A stretch of DNA of 57,209 bases from Candidatus Saccharimonadia bacterium (GTDB lineage Bacteria; Patescibacteriota; Saccharimonadia; UBA4664; JBBRNT01). Location: the NCBI GenBank assembly GCA_038230095.1, contig JBBRNT010000007.1, positions 1 to 57,209 on the forward strand. Direction: 5' to 3'. The translations under genes and the position numbers were made by a program. Positions 55,302 to 57,209 of the stretch are shown in pieces (positions within the stretch are counted from its first letter, which is position 1; each line of letters begins with the position of its first letter). The notes below the pieces were generated by a model. The model saw nothing but the letters and a program-made list of their open reading frames with translations, had not been told where the DNA came from and did no database searches.

Positions 55302-56138
55302 CTACGGGGTAGTTGTCTCGCCTAGCGCAGTCTTAAGCGTAGCTGCTGCTGTCGCGGCAGTGGCCTTGAAGGCGTTAATGGCGGCCTGCACGGCAGCTTT
55401 GCGGGTAGCATTGAGTGCCTTAATCTGTGGGCCTACATTGTCTATGCTCTGCATAGCTGCTTTGAAGCTAGCTTGGGCCGTCGTGATAGCCGCCTTATAG
55501 GCGTCACGGACGGTTTTGGAATCTGTACCAGCGGTACAGCTAGCCTGGGCGGCCGTACCGGCCGAGGCCACACTAGCCTTGAAGCTAGTAATGGCTGCGT
55601 CGACTTGGGTCTTGTGACTAGCCAGGAGGGCGTCAACCGCGTCGCGGTAGGTCTTATCGGCTGCGTCTACTGCAGCACGGCGCTGCACTACGGCTGCGTC
55701 AATGGTAGCTTCGAAAGCCTGGACGGCTGCCTTTTGGGCGTCGGTCGTAGCCTTGGCCTCCAGCTTGGCATAGTGCTCATTACGATTGGCATCGGCCTTG
55801 GCGCGAGCGGTGGCTAGGTCCGATTCGCGCTTAGAGCGAGTAGTGGCTAGCTTAGTGGTCTCCTGGCCGCGTCTTGAGTTCAGCTTGCCAACACGCTCCT
55901 CTTCATTGGTTTTGACACTACTATTGATGCTACCAAACTTATTACAAAAAGAAGTGCTCTCTACCTTGGGGGTTTCGGCAGGCTTGACGGTGTGGCCATT
56001 AATACTGTCATGCCCTGAGGTGCTAGGCTTTTCAGAAGTGCTCCCGCCGTCGGTGGCTATCGCGCTTATTGGGGCTAGCTGGGCCACGAGCAGACCCGCT
56101 ACTAGGAACTGGGTGATGAGTTTACGATTAGAATGCAT
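55302..56138 (-). CDS. Secreted Ala/Lys-rich coiled-coil protein
   Basis: Signal peptide, long helical Ala-rich region; GGGAG SD before ATG 56138. Confidence 0.82.
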   Translation of the reverse strand: MHSNRKLITQFLVAGLLVAQLAPISAIATDGGSTSEKPSTSGHDSINGHTVKPAETPKVESTSFCNKFGSINSSVKTNEEERVGKLNSRRGQETTKLATTRSKRESDLATARAKADANRNEHYAKLEAKATTDAQKAAVQAFEATIDAAVVQRRAAVDAADKTYRDAVDALLASHKTQVDAAITSFKASVASAGTAAQASCTAGTDSKTVRDAYKAAITTAQASFKAAMQSIDNVGPQIKALNATRKAAVQAAINAFKATAATAAATLKTALGETTTP

Positions 56139-56463
56139 CTTTGTTGATACTCCCCTGGACTTGCGCCGCGTCATCGGACGTAGCGTTAACCTCGCCAGTA
56201 TCGCCTTCCATAGAGTCACTACTAGCTCTGTCTATGTCGGCATCGGCCGAGACAGCGGTGACGGCTGTCTCTACCTTGCCATCGGCCTTGGGAAGATCGG
56301 TCTTATTCTGGGTGGCCACGGAACTGGGCTTAGTTGCGGCCTGCTTGGCGGCGTAGTAGCGCCAACCCACAAATCCCAGTAGTGCAATAATGGCCGCTAC
56401 GAGAGCTATCTCGAGCACCATGCTACCGCGCTGGGCATTAGTTTGGTGTGATGTTTTGTCCAT
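56128..56463 (-). CDS. Type IV prepilin-like protein
   Basis: QRG|SMVLEIALVAAIIALLGFVGW: Gly at -1, Glu at +5, hydrophobic helix; start trimmed to ATG 56463. Confidence 0.65.
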   Translation of the reverse strand: MDKTSHQTNAQRGSMVLEIALVAAIIALLGFVGWRYYAAKQAATKPSSVATQNKTDLPKADGKVETAVTAVSADADIDRASSDSMEGDTGEVNATSDDAAQVQGSINKDAF

Positions 56464-56620
56464 AGAGGATGTCCATTCAATTATGCTCATGATACCCCTA
56501 AGCCACAGGCTAGTCAAGAGCATGAGCACAATGCCCAATCCTGTCAATATGAAACGCACCGCTGTTTCCGGCCGGCTGTGAGGCTGGCTGGGCAGGCGGT
56601 GCGGTGTCGGCTGAGGCCGA

Positions 56621-56989
56621 CTAGTGGGGCGTGTAGTCCGACTGGGAGTCGGCACGGGGGGTGCTGTAGCGGTCGCTCAGCTGGTGGCGGGTGCAGCTGC
56701 CCAGGTTCCGGGGGTTTGGCGCCGGCTTGCGATGGCTGATGGCCTGAACCCGTGGGCGGGAGCCCGGGGCGAGTCCGGCGGCGTGCCTGGCCCGAACGTA
56801 CTTGACGCGGCGCTCGAAGCGCAGCGACGTGGTGATGGCACCGAAGGTGATGAGGGCCGTGAGGAGGCTCCAGCCCGGGAAGCCTTTCTCAAACAGCTCG
56901 CCGGTGAGGGCCAGGAACGCCAGGGCGATGAGGGCCCAGAGGCCAACACGGTCTTCTAGGACTTGAACACTTTTCTTGGCAGTTGACAT
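56621..56989 (-). CDS. Hypothetical 2-TM protein
   Basis: Two hydrophobic helices; upstream TTGACA-17-TACAAT promoter on the minus strand (57064-57036). Confidence 0.55.
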   Translation of the reverse strand: MSTAKKSVQVLEDRVGLWALIALAFLALTGELFEKGFPGWSLLTALITFGAITTSLRFERRVKYVRARHAAGLAPGSRPRVQAISHRKPAPNPRNLGSCTRHQLSDRYSTPRADSQSDYTPH

Positions 56990-57084
56990 GGCGTCAATCC
57001 TTCCATGGGTAGGGGCAAAGAGCAATTACCGAACCATTGTATACTATTTATGCTTGTTTGTCAACTAGTTGCCCCCATTAACAC

Positions 57085-57113
57085 TTGAAATAACCGTGAA
57101 TAGTACGTACAAT
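57085..57113 (+). promoter_or_regulatory. tRNA-Gln promoter
   Basis: TTGAAA-17-TACAAT. Confidence 0.7.
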
Positions 57114-57134
57114 AATCAGGTTCAAATGGCACAC

Positions 57135-57209
57135 TGGCGAGTGGCCAAGCGGTAAGGCTTCTGATTCTGGATCAGATAATCGTAGGTTCGAATCCTACCT
57201 CGCCAGCCA
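57135..57209 (+). tRNA. tRNA-Gln(CTG)
   Basis: 75 nt, anticodon stem TCTGA/TCAGA, loop TTCTGGA, GTTCGAA T-loop, CCA end. Confidence 0.96.

Overview
A ~57 kb chromosomal segment from a reduced-genome bacterium. Gene content (DUF5671 pair, secG next to an OppA-like protein, split transketolase, LOG protein beside a conserved ~415-aa hypothetical, many single-TM surface proteins) looks like Patescibacteria/CPR, probably Saccharibacteria-like; this is inference. Housekeeping genes: uvrA, uvrB and uvrC; a glycolysis/non-oxidative pentose phosphate cluster (gap, rpiB, rpe, tkt N and C halves, fba, tal, pfkB-type kinase, ppa); a thioredoxin reductase/glutaredoxin pair; a DEAD-box helicase; a Zn-homeostasis module; three tRNAs (Leu-GAG, Leu-CAG, Gln-CTG). 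Accessory features: an intact IS481-family element with a 15-bp direct repeat; a GT2 / mini-LPXTG protein / polysaccharide deacetylase locus; a decayed pyrC fragment; two homologous tRNA-Leu transcription units in inverted orientation, one with a candidate pseudoknotted leader. The most unusual region is 21.0-25.1 kb: a tandem array of self-contained promoter-leader-ORF(-terminator) units encoding an unassigned family of single-TM proteins. Their promoter/leader DNA is nearly identical while the ORFs diverge strongly, and each unit has complementary 5' and 3' ends. All calls were made by eye; no database searches were run.
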